A stretch of DNA of 64,000 nt, taken from assembly GCF_006345805.1 (NCBI RefSeq), contig NC_043010.1, positions 36,518,001-36,582,000 of the forward strand, in the 5' to 3' direction. Each line of letters starts with the position of its first letter. Positions within the stretch are counted from its first letter, which is position 1. Source of the DNA: Octopus sinensis (taxonomy: Eukaryota). The position numbers and the translations under genes are program-made. Shown here piece by piece: positions 38,320 through 51,099 of the stretch. The notes beneath the pieces are model-generated. The model did no database searches, was not told the origin of the DNA, and saw only the letters and a list, made by a program, of their open reading frames with translations.

Positions 38320-38830
38320 ACTTCCCCCTCGTTATCGAGTATGGCCATTGCCCGAAGCTTAATCAATGTTGTTACCGTGCAATGCCTGTGCAAGAAGATT
38401 TTTTTTAAGTGAGGAAAGGCTGTGCACTGAGTCAATCCCAATCACTAAGCAACAGCAGCCATAATCCGAAAAGAAGATCAAGTCAACATCATCGGTAACC
38501 ACTGAGCCGCAAGTTTTATGTCGGAGTTATCCCAGTTACCTGAGTTACCTTCTCCTAGAAGGATGCCCTAACAAAGGCTAGGAGTCCTTCAATCCCAATG
38601 GTTTAACCACGCGATCGGGTATTCAGTCCGATTATTTCTATGTCCCCGCGCATGATACAGCCTTAAGACATTTATTATTGGGATTTTGTTTTTCATCCCA
38701 CAGGCTGTCCAATAAACACCCTCCTCACCAAGCAAGCTTGGTTGGGTTGCCGGTTTAGTCGCCGACGACCCGACCATCAACAGGTTGTACTGGGTTACAT
38801 GTTACCAGTAGCACTCGAAAGTGACCAGAC
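38320..38830 (-). mobile_element. Longer inverted copy of the 32915-33255 element
   Basis: Direct sequence match; extends ~170 bp further at the presumed 5' side. Confidence 0.6.
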
Positions 38831-41098
38831 ATAAATATCCATTGCAAATAGTTGCAGCTTCTTAGTGTGTTTTCTTTCTTTCTTTCTTTCTTTCTTCCTC
38901 TCTTCCTTCCTTTCTTCCTTCCTTCCTTCCTTTCTTTCTTTATTAGTTTATTTAAATTTAAAACACCTCCTTCAAACACTCACACGTCGAAACCGACGGG
39001 AACGACCATCATATATATATATGTGTGTGTGTGTGTACATACATTTTTATAGCTTGTTCAGAAGAGGAAAATCAGTGTTTATCACTTATTCTCAGAGATA
39101 CTGTGATTGACTGGATGAATTTGTCTTCAGACTGGAGAGTTGGCGCGAATAAATGCAGCAGAATGTATCCTGCTTCACAGTACACTTGGCTCAGACAAGA
39201 CGGTCGTATTAAACTGTCGGGGCCTTAGATTACGTTTACACTGCACGAAAAGGAAACGATCTCCCGGACAATTTTCTACATGGTTTCAATCCACTAAATT
39301 TCACTCTCAAGGTTTTGGATTCCAAGCCATAGTTGAGACACTTGCCCAAGAGTGCTGTCATACAGATGGGAATGAGAACCCGAAATCCCGTAGTTGGGAA
39401 ACGAAATTCTTAGCCACGTGACTATACCTTGCTAAGAACTTAACTTTAAATAGTTGCAGACATAATAAGCATTACTATCAGACATAAAAAAGAAACGGGT
39501 TCACGTATCTACTACCAATCAGTGGAGTTCCTCATCCCTCTCTACCTCCCTAAATATCCAATTCCATCATTGTGTTATTTTTTCTCCATCAGATAAGATA
39601 GTTGGCCGGTTACTTAGCAAACAGGATAGGCAATAACTCCATATATAAATATTACATATTATATGCACTAACAACCAGCATAGCAAAGTGTCTGTCTTAC
39701 CTACCACTTCGGTTAAAATATTCATTATGTGAATTACTAGAATGTTAGGAATAAAATAACTGCTGAAATGTCAATATGAAAGATCAATTTTATTGGTTCC
39801 AAATTAGCTTGAAATTTTGGTACAAGGCTAGCTGTTCAGGGGCAAGAGATAAGTCGATTGGCGGAGTTTGAACTCAGAAGGTAAAGACGGGCGATACACC
39901 TTCCGCTAAGCATTTTGCCCGGCGCAGTAACGATTCTGCTGGCTCGCCACCTTAACGATTAGTTATAGTGCAATTACTGATTTAAGGAGAGGACCAGATT
40001 CAGGACGGGATTCGAGCTTTGCGTATGTCTTTTACCGAGCGGCCACGTTATCGATTACTCTGCAAAGCTCCTGCCCGTTTCATCTCCTCAGATTAACAAT
40101 ATAATTCAATTTTATGATGTTAACCGCACTATTTTATTTCCACAAGGTAATTCGTCAGTCACTTAGCGGTAGCAGGGTAGGTTATTTTCTTCTATCTTAA
40201 ATTGATGCCTAAAATTTCTAATACCATTTGTTTCAGCCTTATTTGATAAAAGTCAAGATAATTGCCCCAGCTGATAACGCAAAAAGAATCGATCTGTTTG
40301 ATAATGTAAAAAAGAATTGCTAGAATGCTGATGTAGTAACTAGATTTGATGGATCTTCAGATGAATCCACGAATCTAATGCAGGTTCGGTGAACCATTCT
40401 ATTGCAAAAACAAAAATCGATTATCCAGATGCAGTAGATTTTGAATGACCTCCTAGAAAAAGTATTCACATTTCCGTGAAATCGTAATCAAACGCGTCGA
40501 AAAATGGTGGCTGCACTGAATAATGGTAATCCTAGATATATTGTATCTAAAAAAAAAACAAACAGACGGTGTGGTCACAGATGGAACGCATTTGATCTGA
40601 CATTTTTTTGATCAGAGACGAGTTGTGTGGCCAAACAATAACATCGTACATGAACAACTAAAACAATACTAGGTGTGTTAAGTTTATTACGTTAGCCGGA
40701 TAAAATTCATCGAAAAACTTATGAGTGAACTGAACAATGTAGGCCAATATATATCTGAAAACTTTAATGTGTGAGCGCAAATAGAACGGTTTTAGTTCTA
40801 TGCCTATTGCATCAAATATTATCTTGAGGCTAAACAATAACAACAAGAAAATTGCAGCTAATCTGCGTGACGGTGGTGTCCAGCTTGGCATGCAGAACAT
40901 TATATAACTTGTTAGAGTTCGCACTGCCTCTTTTTTCTTCTCTTCCGTTTTATTTTGACATGCGTATTGTGTTTTTATTCTACTTTTCCGTTTAACGAAT
41001 CCGGCATTCGTCTCTTTTCGGTTTCTACTAAAAACTGTTTATATATCACAACTATCTCACGAACAGGCGTTCGATACAAGGGAGCACGATAATTCCAC

Positions 41099-42969
41099 CA
41101 TTCAAACACCTATTCAGTGTCTACGGATGGCGACCTCGGGAATTATATCGAATACTCTATAGGGAATAAGACATAAGCATGCATTTTGCAGCCTCTGCCT
41201 ATTCTTTCCCCTCCACTCTTTGGACTCGTGAGGTTGCTCTTCGTTGAATGTCCGAGGCGGCCAGTATATTCACAGTGAACAAATTAGAGCCTTCAGAGCA
41301 AGCCTCCCTGAAAGGCATGGATCCAAATATCAATAATATCAATAATTACAACGGGTTTTATTAAGATAACCTTCCTCAAAATATTTGACCTAAATTCTGT
41401 TATTGATGCTTGTGAAAATCCCACCCTCGTTAGCTGCTCGTCTCTAACCCAGAACTCGTCAAGGTTACTAGGAGTGTAGTAAATTCACATTGCGCTCCGG
41501 TGGTTGTGAAAAAATAACATCGGATAGGATACATCTGTTCTGTTAGACTAAGCTTGACGAAGCGTAGAAAGATGTATGTGACAGCAGATGAAAATATTGT
41601 CGAAACTCATGGGAAATAGATGTGGTGGTCGAGATAAGAAGTGCTGTAATGAAGGCGGGTTGTCTTGATTTACGATGAATGCTGGCAGGAATATTGGCAA
41701 ACCTGTGGTTGGACTTCTTCATAGATTATATATCATCGTCAAGTAAGACTCATTCACTGACCGTGGTGAACACGCGAGTAACGCGAAGAAAGAGAAAGGA
41801 AGAGAAAGCGGCAAAGGAAAAGAAGAGAAAAGGAGAAAAGAAGGAGAAAGAAAAGAAGGAACAAGAACGATAAAATGAGAAAAAAACGAGGAGGAGAGTG
41901 AGGGTGAGGAAGGGTAATTAGCAGGAAAGAGAAAGAAAATTCGTTAGAATTCAATTAGTCAAAATGCAGATTTTCCTTCGCTTTAATGACCCGGATGTAG
42001 GCAGACTTGGCAAAAAAAAAAAAGGGGGGTGAATACACTTGCCCTTTGTCAAAAAAACAATAAAAAAATACTCAACCCCAATCCTTGGAACCACGGCAAG
42101 CTGTAGTCATTCCTGTTAACAATCTCTGCAATGCAACGATAGAGTACAAAGTAGTCCTCGGTCGTCTACCTGTAGCCAGACAGACGTCAAGCAGGTAACT
42201 TGTGATGGAGAGCTCCTCAGACTTTAGTCTCACATTACAGTTCCACGGCAGAAGCAGAACCGCTGCTTGGGATTATTGAATCCAACATAAAATTTTCCAT
42301 GGAAAGAGATTCTCAGAGACAAAATAAAATAAAATAAAATAGCCTTGAACGCTGTATCGGCAATGGTTGATTCCACCTTTGCTGAGGGAGCCTGTGGTTC
42401 GTATAATCGACCTAATCACCCTAATTTCCTTGGAGATTTAGAAATTAGACCGTTGATGGATTTTCTCTAGAGTGATTTGTGTCGAAGCCGTCTGAAAATG
42501 TAAATGAGCGAATGACAACACTGATCTGATCCATTTAAAAAAAAACCCAAAAGACATATATACAGCTGCGAAATGGAAGCAAAATGTGAAACTACTACAC
42601 TTCCATTAACCTTGACAAGTTTTGGGTTAGAGACGAGCAGCTGACGAGGTTGGGTCTTTCACTTAGATCAATAACAGAATTTAGGTCAAATATTTTGAGG
42701 AAGGTTATCTTAATGAAACACGTTGTAATTGTTAATATTTGGTATCATGCTTTTCGTATGAGGCTTGTTCTGAGGACTCTAATTTTTTTTCACTGTGAAT
42801 ATACTAGCCGCCTCGGACATTCAACGAAGAAAACTGCCACGAGTCTGAAGGGTGGAGGTGAAAGAATAGGCAGAGGCTGCAGAGTGCATGCTTATGTCTT
42901 ATTCCCTTTAGGGTATCCGATATAATTCCCGAGGTCGCCATCCGCAGACATTGAATAAGTGTTTGAATG
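41099..42969. repeat. Inverted repeat pair A: 41099-41491 and 42583-42969
   Basis: ~390-bp arms, ~80-85% identical by eye (e.g. GGGTTAGAGACGAGCAGCT, ATCAATAACAGAATTTAGGTCAAATATTTTGAGGAAGGTTATCTTAAT). Confidence 0.9.
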
Positions 42970-44686
42970 ACGTCAACTTTCTTTCTTTCCTTCTTTTTCT
43001 CTCTCTCTCTCTTTCTTTCTTCCTTCCTTTCTTGCTTTCCTTCTTTTTCTCTCTCTCTTCCACCCTTTCTCTCTTTCTTCCTTTCTTTCTTTCTTTCTTT
43101 TTTTCTTCCTTTCTTCCTCTCTTCCTTTCTTCCTCTCTTTCTTTCTTTCTTTCTTCCTTTCTTCCTTTCTTCCTCTCTTTCTTTCTTTCTTTCTTTCTTC
43201 CTTCTTTCTTCCTTTCTTTCTTTCTTTCTGTCTTTCTTTCTTCCTCTCTTTCTTCTTTCTTTCTTTCTTTCTTCTTTCTTTCTTTCTTTCTTCCTTCCTC
43301 TCTTTCTTTCTTTCTTTCTTTCTTTCTTTTCTTCCGACGTTGCTGAGGTTATATTTGTAGTTGGTGGTGTTAGTGTTGCTGTCGCAGTGACTACTGCTGC
43401 CGTTATTGGTGATGTTGTCACTGATGTTTCCTGTTGTTGTTGTTGTTGTGGTCACTGTGATTGCTGCTACTGCTGCTACTGCTGCTGTTGTTGTTGTTGT
43501 TGTTGTTATTGTTGATGTGGTTGTTGTTGTGCTTATCTCTTTTAATTTCTCTTTATATTTTACCCCCCTGTTTTACTTTCCGAACCTCGCTCACTAACGG
43601 CGTTGTCCTGTTATTTTTTCTACACTTCACCATAACCATATTGCCTGAGATACACCAGCACATATTCTCTTCTACACTAGGCACAAGACCCGAAATGTAG
43701 ATCGACCTCAGTATGCAACTGGTACTTAATTTATCGACCCCGAAAGGATGAAAGGCAAAGTCGACCTCGGAGGAATTTGAACTCAGAACGTAAAGACAGA
43801 CGAAATACCTATTTCTTTATTACCCACAAGGAGCTAAACATAGAAGGAACAAACAAGGACAGACATAGGTATGAAGTCGATTACATCGACCCCAGTGCGT
43901 AACAGGTACTTATTTAATCGACCCCAAAAGGATGAAAGGCAAAGTCGACCTCGGCGGAATTTGAACTCACAACGTAACAGCAGACAAAATACCGCTAAGC
44001 ATTTCGCCCGGCGGTGAAGATGGGGGGAGGGGGTAGCGGTGGCGGTGATGATGATGATAATTATGATGGTTTAGTGGTGGTGGTGGTGGTGATGGTAGTG
44101 ATGGTGGTGATGAGGACGATGACGATGATGGTGATGATGACGTTGTTCGAAATACTAGCAAAGGTAGTAGTAGTAGTAGTAGTAGTAGTAGTACGAGTCG
44201 TAGAAGTATTGGGTGTGGTGTCGACGCTAGTTGAAATCACAGTATTACAGTTGCGGTGTAGGTGCTAGTAGTTATAGATGGTGGTGGTGATAGTGGTGGT
44301 GGGCGTTGGTGTTTGTGTAATAGTAGCACTAATAGTGTTAGCAGAGATTGTTAACAGGAATGACTACAGCTTGCCGTGGTTCCAAGGATTGGGGTTGAGT
44401 ATTTTTTTACTGTTTTTTTGACAAAGGGCAAGTGTATTCATCCCCTTTTTTTTTCTTTGCCAAGTCTGCCTACATCCGGGTCATTAAAGCGAAGGAAAAT
44501 CTGCATTTTGACTAATTGAATTCTAACGAATTTTCTTTCTCTCTCCTGCTAATTACCCTTCCTCACCCTCACTCTCCTCCTCGTTTTTTTCTCATTTTAT
44601 CGTTCTCGATCCTTCTTTTCTTTCTCCTTCTTTTCTCCTTTTCTCTTCTTTTCCTTTGCCGCTTTCTCTTCTTTTCTCTTTCTTCG
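41784..44686. repeat. Inverted repeat pair B: 41784-42129 and 44341-44686
   Basis: 346-bp arms, ~95% identical by eye, including the irregular GA-rich portion. Confidence 0.95.
43675..44012 (-). mobile_element. 184-bp-unit SINE with two units
   Basis: Reverse-complement unit marks end at 43808 and 43992 (period 184). Confidence 0.85.
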
Positions 44687-45083
44687 TCTTTCCTCATCAT
44701 CACTTTCACCATGACCACCACTGCCACTAACGCTACCACCATTACCACCAACACAACCACTATCGCCAATTCAACTACCACCAATACCACTACGACTACA
44801 ACCATCACCTACACTACCAACACAGCCACAACCACTATCACCTCAACCACTACCTCCAAACTACCACCACCACCACTATCACCATAACTACTACCAACTC
44901 CATTTTCCTCATCCTCTTCAACTACCTTCCTCCATCTCTCATTATCAACCTTCTCCCATATTTTCTTCTCTTTCCTTATTCTTCTCCCATTTCTTTTTTC
45001 TTCCCCTCCCCGTTTGTTCTCCAACTTTTCTTGACCCCACTTCTTCTGAGAAGATTTAGTAGATGGAAGCTGAAAGAAACCTG

Positions 45084-45126
<43 letters not shown>

Positions 45127-45137
45127 TGTGTGTGTGT

Positions 45138-45187
<50 letters not shown>

Positions 45188-45850
45188 ATATTATTGTTTC
45201 CCTCACCACTTGAAAACCGGTGTTTGCTTTGCTTACGTCCCAGTAACTTAGTGGTTCGGCAAAAGAGACCCATAGATTATTAAGTCCCAAGCTTTGAAAA
45301 ATACCTGCCGCGGTCGATTTGTTGGACTAAACCCGTTCAAGGTCGTACCCCAGCATGGCTGCAGTCCAATGACTGAGACAAGTAAAAGATAAAATATAAA
45401 TGACATTCCTTTCCCTCAGCTGATGGCTTCCAAAGATGATGAAGAGCACAGGTGCTACTTCTGAAAGTGCTGCAGCTTCTACAGATCCAGTATACAAATC
45501 TGAATAAATTTGGCCTTGAGGTTCTTTATTCAAGAGCTTTTCACTGATCTTTCATAGAGACTAATGAAAGCCTAAGGACTAAGGAAAGCACAGATTTCTT
45601 CAAGACTACAAGGAAATTATATTATTCTAACTGTGCAAGTGAGTTGCTACCAGAAGCCAAATTTTAATATGGCAACATCCTTTGAAGTAGGTCTACTCTG
45701 TTGTATAAATGACAGCTGTAAATGCATCACAGATTTGTCTCAGGATCTTGTAACAGCTGACTGGCATTTGTCCAATGAGCTTGAAATAAGATTTACAGCT
45801 TAATGGAATGTAAAACCAAGCACATACAGTGCTCTCTCCCCGTCTGATCA

Positions 45851-45879
<29 letters not shown>

Positions 45880-45881
<2 letters not shown>

Positions 45882-46150
45882 CACCGTGATCACCGTGACC
45901 GACCAGGCTATCAGATGTTGCTACACATCGCTGGTCATAATGCGCTTCGCATTGTTTTAGCCTTCAAATGACGCCACCCCGTTGTGGCGAAAGAGTACAG
46001 CAGGGATCGCCACTACCCGCTGCCGGAGACTCGTGGAGCTTTTAGGTGTTTTCGCTCAGTAAACACTCACAACGCCCGGTCTGTGCATCGAAACCGCGAT
46101 CCTACGACCGTAAGCCCGCTGCCCTAACCACTGGGGCATTGCGCCTCCAC
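45880..46150 (-). mobile_element. tRNA-derived SINE (body X + tail D)
   Basis: Head and body as in 1286-1675, joined at ~45980 to the tail also seen alone at 32785-32895. Confidence 0.8.
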
Positions 46151-46209
46151 ACACACGCATACACACATATATACATACATATTTATATATATACATACAT
46201 ATATACATA

Positions 46210-46245
<36 letters not shown>

Positions 46246-46301
46246 TGTATGTATGTATGTATGTATGTATGTATTTATATATATGTATGTGTGTGTGTGT
46301 G

Positions 46302-46342
<41 letters not shown>

Positions 46343-46430
46343 ATACAGGGTAGCTCAAAAGTCACCAAGGGTTCTGAAATTTTATGATGTTTTTTTTTCC
46401 CCAGATATTTTATAAAAGGGATCTTTGTAA

Positions 46431-46750
46431 AGGCGTGTGGCTCTGTGGCCAGGGTATTCGGCTTGCGGTCGAAAGACCGTGAGTTCGATTCCCGACGGTG
46501 CATTGTGTCTTTGTGCATGGCACTTTATTTTACGTTGCTCCAGTCCACTCAGTTGACAAAAATGAGATGTATCTGTAATTTCAAAGGATCAGCCTTGTCA
46601 AATTTCGTGTCACGCTGAATATCCCTGAGACCTACATTGAGGGCACTGCGTGAATTTGGAGTGACTAGCCACTTGCAAGTTAATTGCACGAGCAGGCTGT
46701 TCCATTGATCGGATCAATTGGGATATTCGTTGTCGTGACCGACGCAGTAT
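46431..46750 (+). mobile_element. tRNA-derived SINE (body Y + tail A)
   Basis: B box GAGTTCGATTCCC; body GTTGCTCCAGTCCACTCAG; tail GTGTCACGCTGAATATCCC..CACGAGCAGGCTGTTCCATTGAT matches the reverse complement of 1300-1470. Confidence 0.8.
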
Positions 46751-46782
46751 CAGTTGAAGAAAGCAGCTTCTGCTAATTAACC

Positions 46783-47464
46783 ATGGAAAAATACACGACT
46801 GAACAGCGATCATAAGTAGTGAGATTTTTATACCAACTCCGAGGATCAATAATACAAACTGAACTAGCTTATCGTGGCCACTACGTTATGAGGGACTCTC
46901 CAAGTTAATCCATGATAATTTGATTCATTGTTTTGAGAGTAAAGGCTCGGTAAGTATCCGACCACGAAGTGGTAAACTACGTTCGGTAATGAACGAAAGA
47001 GTAATAGAACGAGCAATGGAGAGTAACGAAGAAGATCCGGGCACATCAACTCGAAAGCGGTTTCGACATGTAGGGCTTCTCGGTCGTTACCCCCAACGAA
47101 TTGTTAAGAGAATAAATCTGTTTCCGTACAAAGTGCAGCTAGTGCAACCACTGAAGCCACAAGATTACGACCTGAAGCTGCAGTATGCTGTCAGAATTCA
47201 GGAATTAACAACAGAAGGTTCTGAATTCATCCGCACACACACTCTCTCTTTACTCTTTTACTTGTTTCAGTCATTTGACTGCAGCCACGCTGGAACACTG
47301 CCTTTAGTCGAGCAAATCCCAGGATTTATTCTTTGTAAGCCTAGTACTTATACTATCGGTCTCTTTTGCCGAACCGCTAAGTTACGGGGACGTAAACATA
47401 CCAGCATCGGTTGTCAAGCGATGCTGGAGGACAAACACAGACACAAACATATATACACACGCAT

Positions 47465-47520
<56 letters not shown>

Positions 47521-47755
47521 GACGGGCTTCTTTCAGTTTCTGTCTACCAAATCCACTCACAAGGCTTTGGTCGGCCCGAGGCTATAGTAGAAGACACTTG
47601 CCAAAGGTGCCACGCAGTGGGACAACCAGGTGGTTCGTAAGCAAGCTACTTACCACACAGCCACTCCTACACACTGATAATATCGGACGAAGTACATTTT
47701 CATGTGAATGGAATTGCTAACGGACAAAATTGGAAGATTTCGAGTTTGGATTTCA
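46783..47755 (+). pseudogene. N-terminal fragment of a rosa-like (DD41D-type) Tc1/mariner transposase, split by a SINE
   Basis: MEKYTTEQR..FESKGSV..RPRSGK..DPGTSTRK..LFPYKVQLVQPLKPQDY..GSEFI, then after the SINE LIISDEVHFHVNGIANGQNWKI (SDEAHF-x-NG-xx-N-x-QN motif). Confidence 0.8.
47262..47670 (-). mobile_element. Full-length major SINE inserted into the rosa-like transposase
   Basis: Reverse complement of 17562-17960; ACACACT lies at both junctions. Confidence 0.9.
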
Positions 47756-48092
47756 AGTAGGGGGATTTTTTAAAAAAAATTGTACCTGATTAAGTGTAAG
47801 GTAATGTGTGGGAAAAAATCAGAAGACGTGGTCGAACCTTATATTTTTGAAGGCGATGCTGGCAGCCATGGGACAGGGGGACAATATCGGATTTCGGTAT
47901 CTTTCTAAATTTTTATACAAACGTGAAAGTAGCAAAGTTTGAGAAAAGAGTTTCAGGTGGATCGCCATATCTGGAGAAGTTTTAACCCTTTTCTTAGCAT
48001 AATTCTGTTGAAATATATCATCCTTGTTTCAATTGATTATGAAAATAAAGAATTTAGTAGAATATCTTTGTCATTATTAAACTGGTGGAAAT

Positions 48093-48665
48093 GGCGGCGA
48101 GCTGGCAGAAACGTTAGCACGCCGGGCGAAATGCTTAGCGGTATTTCGTCTGCCGTTACGTTCTGAGTTCAAATTCCGCCGAGGTCGACTTTGCCTTTCA
48201 TCCTTACGGGGTCGATTAAATAAATACCAGTAACACACTGGGGTCGATGTAATCGACTTAATACCTATGTCTGTCCTTGTTTGTCCCCTCTGTGTTTAGC
48301 CCCTTGTGGGTAATAAAGAAATAGGTATTTCGTCTGCCGTTACGTTCTGAGTTCAAATTCCGCCGAGGTCGACTTTGCCTTTCATCCTTACGAGGTCGAT
48401 TAAATAAGTACCAGCTACGCACTGGGGTCGATATAATCGACTTAATCCGTTTGTCTGTCCTTGTTTGTCCTCTCTGTGTTTAACCCCTTGTGGGTAGTAA
48501 AGAAATAGGTATTTCGTCTGCCGTTACGTTCTGAGTTCAAATTCCGCCGAGGTCGACTTTGCCTTTCATTCTTTCGGTGTCGATAAATTAAGTACCAGTT
48601 ACGTACTGGGGTCGATGTAATCGACTTAATCCGTTTGTCTGTCCTTGTTTGTCTTCTCTGTGTTA
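48093..48665 (+). mobile_element. tRNA SINE with three tandem 184-bp units
   Basis: Unit starts at 48141, 48325 and 48509; core GCCTTTCATCCTT..GGGGTCGAT..AAGTACCAG. Confidence 0.92.
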
Positions 48666-49559
48666 TATATACATATATACGACGGGCTTCTTTCAGTTTC
48701 CGTCCAACAAATCCACGCACAAGGTTTTGGTCAGCCCGGGGCTATAGTAGCCCAAGGTGCCACGCAGTGGGACTGAATCCGGAACCATGTGATTCGTAAG
48801 CAAGCTACTTACCACAAAGCTACTCCTACGCCTGAATACTGAATTTCAAAAAAAATCTCATTACATTGGAATTAAAAAGCTTAACATGCTTTTAAAAGGG
48901 TATGCAAAAATTTTCTGGGAAAGAGCTGTCTGTATACCTCACGTATATCGAAAGGGCTTTGTGACCCTACCCGGCGCCTAATAAAGAACTAATTTGCCGA
49001 ATGTCATTAAAATTGCATTTCCTCCTGCTTCTCGTTAAAATTTCTTTTTGAAAAATCTTGGTAAGGTAAGCGACGAATAAGTAAAATGATTCCATCGAAA
49101 TACTTAAGCAAAGGAAACACGTTACTAAGAATTTTAAAATGAAGGTATGATAATTGCCTAATGCTGAGTGTTATATAGCAACGACCCAAACTAACCCTGT
49201 GAGAGCGAGTTATATTACTAATAATTTGAAAAACTTGTATAATGTATTTCCAATTCTGGAAAAAAAAAATAACTGTATCGGTGATATAGAATATTAAATA
49301 AAGAGAGAAGTTAATAATTAATTACCTCTGAATTAATTAAACGGGTTTTTCGGTTCAAGCAATGAACAAATTTTGTGATAAGATGTTATTTGATACACCT
49401 TAAGCATTGAGTTCATTTCAAGAATCAGAAGGTATAAGAATAAAAAAAGAGTCTAATTTAACCTTCAATTAAATAAGATTTAGAAATAATTCCATTTTTA
49501 ATGGTGGGAGGGGCAGTTTATTTTGAAGTAAATAAAGCTATAATTAATAACGCATTCGA

Positions 49560-49935
49560 CTATAGGCACAAGGCCTGAAATTTTGGGGGAGGTTTCTGGT
49601 CAAAGACATCGACCCCAGTTTTCCACTCAAATCTATTTCGTCTCTCTTTATGTTCTGAGTTCAAATTCCGCCGAGGTCGGCATTGCCTTTCATCCTTTCG
49701 GGGTCGATAAATTAAGTACCAGTTGCGTATTGGGGTCGATCTAATCGACTTAATCCTCTCCCACAAGCTTCGGGCGTTGTGTCTAGAGTAGAAAAGGATA
49801 TCTATTTTATCGGTTCCGGAAGGACGAAAAGGAACGTCGAACTCGGCGGTGTTCAACACAGAACGTAAAAACGGACGAAATTCCGCTACGCATTTCGTCC
49901 GACACCCTAACGATTTTGCCAGCTCACCGTCTTAA
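49560..49935 (-). mobile_element. Diverged 184-bp-family SINE pieces
   Basis: Family core in both orientations (TTCTGAGTTCAAATTCCGCCGAGGTCG at ~49650; reverse-complement head at ~49820-49935). Confidence 0.65.
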
Positions 49936-50939
49936 AGCAGTAAGTAATAATATCATGTAAGTATTGGGTATATTGGTTTAAAAACCCTTTGGATAGAAAA
50001 AGTTGAGAGCTGCAATTGGAAGTTGAACCCACATTTTCCACAAACTGGGCAGATGTTCTACCATTGGAGGAAAGCAATTCTTCGAGTTTGTCCACTCATT
50101 TTAGACATTTTAAGCAACGATAATCGGATGTCATTGACATCATACGGACTGAAATTTTGCTTCGAAATTTAACGCTCCTCAAACGAATTATTTCACGTAA
50201 GAAGATTTCGAGTTCGGGTTTCCCGATTCATAAATTTTTATGACGTCAAAAAAGAGTTTGTCTTCGTGACTTGCCTTGCTTTTCAGTACATTTCATTTTC
50301 GAGATCGTCGTACTGTGACCCTTTTACTATTTCCTTCGAGACATCATCATCATCATCAACACCGCATCATCATCATCATCATCTCCCCAGTGACTTAATC
50401 ACCGACGTCAAAATCAATCATAACATCATCATCTTCATCATCATCATTACCATCACCATCGTCATCACCACCACTAAAATCATCATCATCATCAACATTC
50501 ATCAATAGTTTGATCTGAAGTGGTCCAGATGGAACATTAGACTATATATTAATAACTAACAGTCGGATTTCGAATCCTACCGAGGTCCACTTTTGGCTTT
50601 CATCTCTTTGGAATCAAGAAAATAAAATACCAACCAAGTACTGAAATCGATTTAATCGATTTAATCGATTAAGCACCGTCCACCAAATTTCGAGCCCGGC
50701 GTCTAATTTACCATCGCCGCCACTCGCAAGCGAGTTTGGTTTCGTCACATGTGTTGTAGTTTAGCTGATTGTTTTAGAGGAAGGGGCTATGAAGTTGCGG
50801 GTAGATATAGATATGCTCTCGGTCAATCCACCCGTGAACCAGAAAGACATGGCGAATATGACATGGGAAAGAGAGGAAGAGAGAGCACGAGAGAGAGAGA
50901 GAGAGAAAGACATATAATGAGAGGGTGAGAGAGAGAGCG

Positions 50940-51085
50940 AGTTGTGCGAGCACTCGGGCGGTACTCGTTCTCAGTTGACGAGACTAGACCAATGTGAAGA
51001 AGCGCTAACTGCCGCGAGGAATCGAACCGTAGATTTTAAGGTAGGGAGTGAACCCGACGTCCTAACGACAAGGCCAAGCGCCTAA
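50940..51085 (-). mobile_element. Additional degenerate tRNA-like SINE head
   Basis: Minus strand GGCGCTTGGCCTTGTCGTTAGG (A-box-like) ... GGTTCGATTCC (B box); no intact cloverleaf. Confidence 0.45.
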
Positions 51086-51099
51086 ATTCATAACAATCA

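Noticed and set aside
39701-39762. Minus-strand exon-like segment (NAGNAG acceptor, TAG|GTAAGA donor, one open frame)
   Set aside because: It cannot be linked to other exons, conflicts in strand with the 40092 candidate, and has no homology.
40658-40924. 88-aa hydrophobic minus-strand ORF
   Set aside because: No motif recognised and no convincing splice sites; compatible with chance in AT-rich DNA.
45420-45830. Possible decayed hAT-like transposase fragment
   Set aside because: Only vague similarity across many stops; no TIRs or catalytic motif seen.
47982-48092. TTAA-CCCT start suggesting a piggyBac-type MITE end
   Set aside because: No matching opposite terminus found in the window.
48093-48665. 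Regularly spaced repeats that could suggest a CRISPR array or tRNA cluster
   Set aside because: The whole 184-bp unit is repeated with no unique spacers, and the heads lack a full cloverleaf. It is a SINE multimer; no true tRNA, rRNA or CRISPR was found in the window.
49960-50110. Possible mariner second-HTH fragment on the minus strand (LEELLSSNGRTSAQF..)
   Set aside because: Too short and divergent to call by eye.
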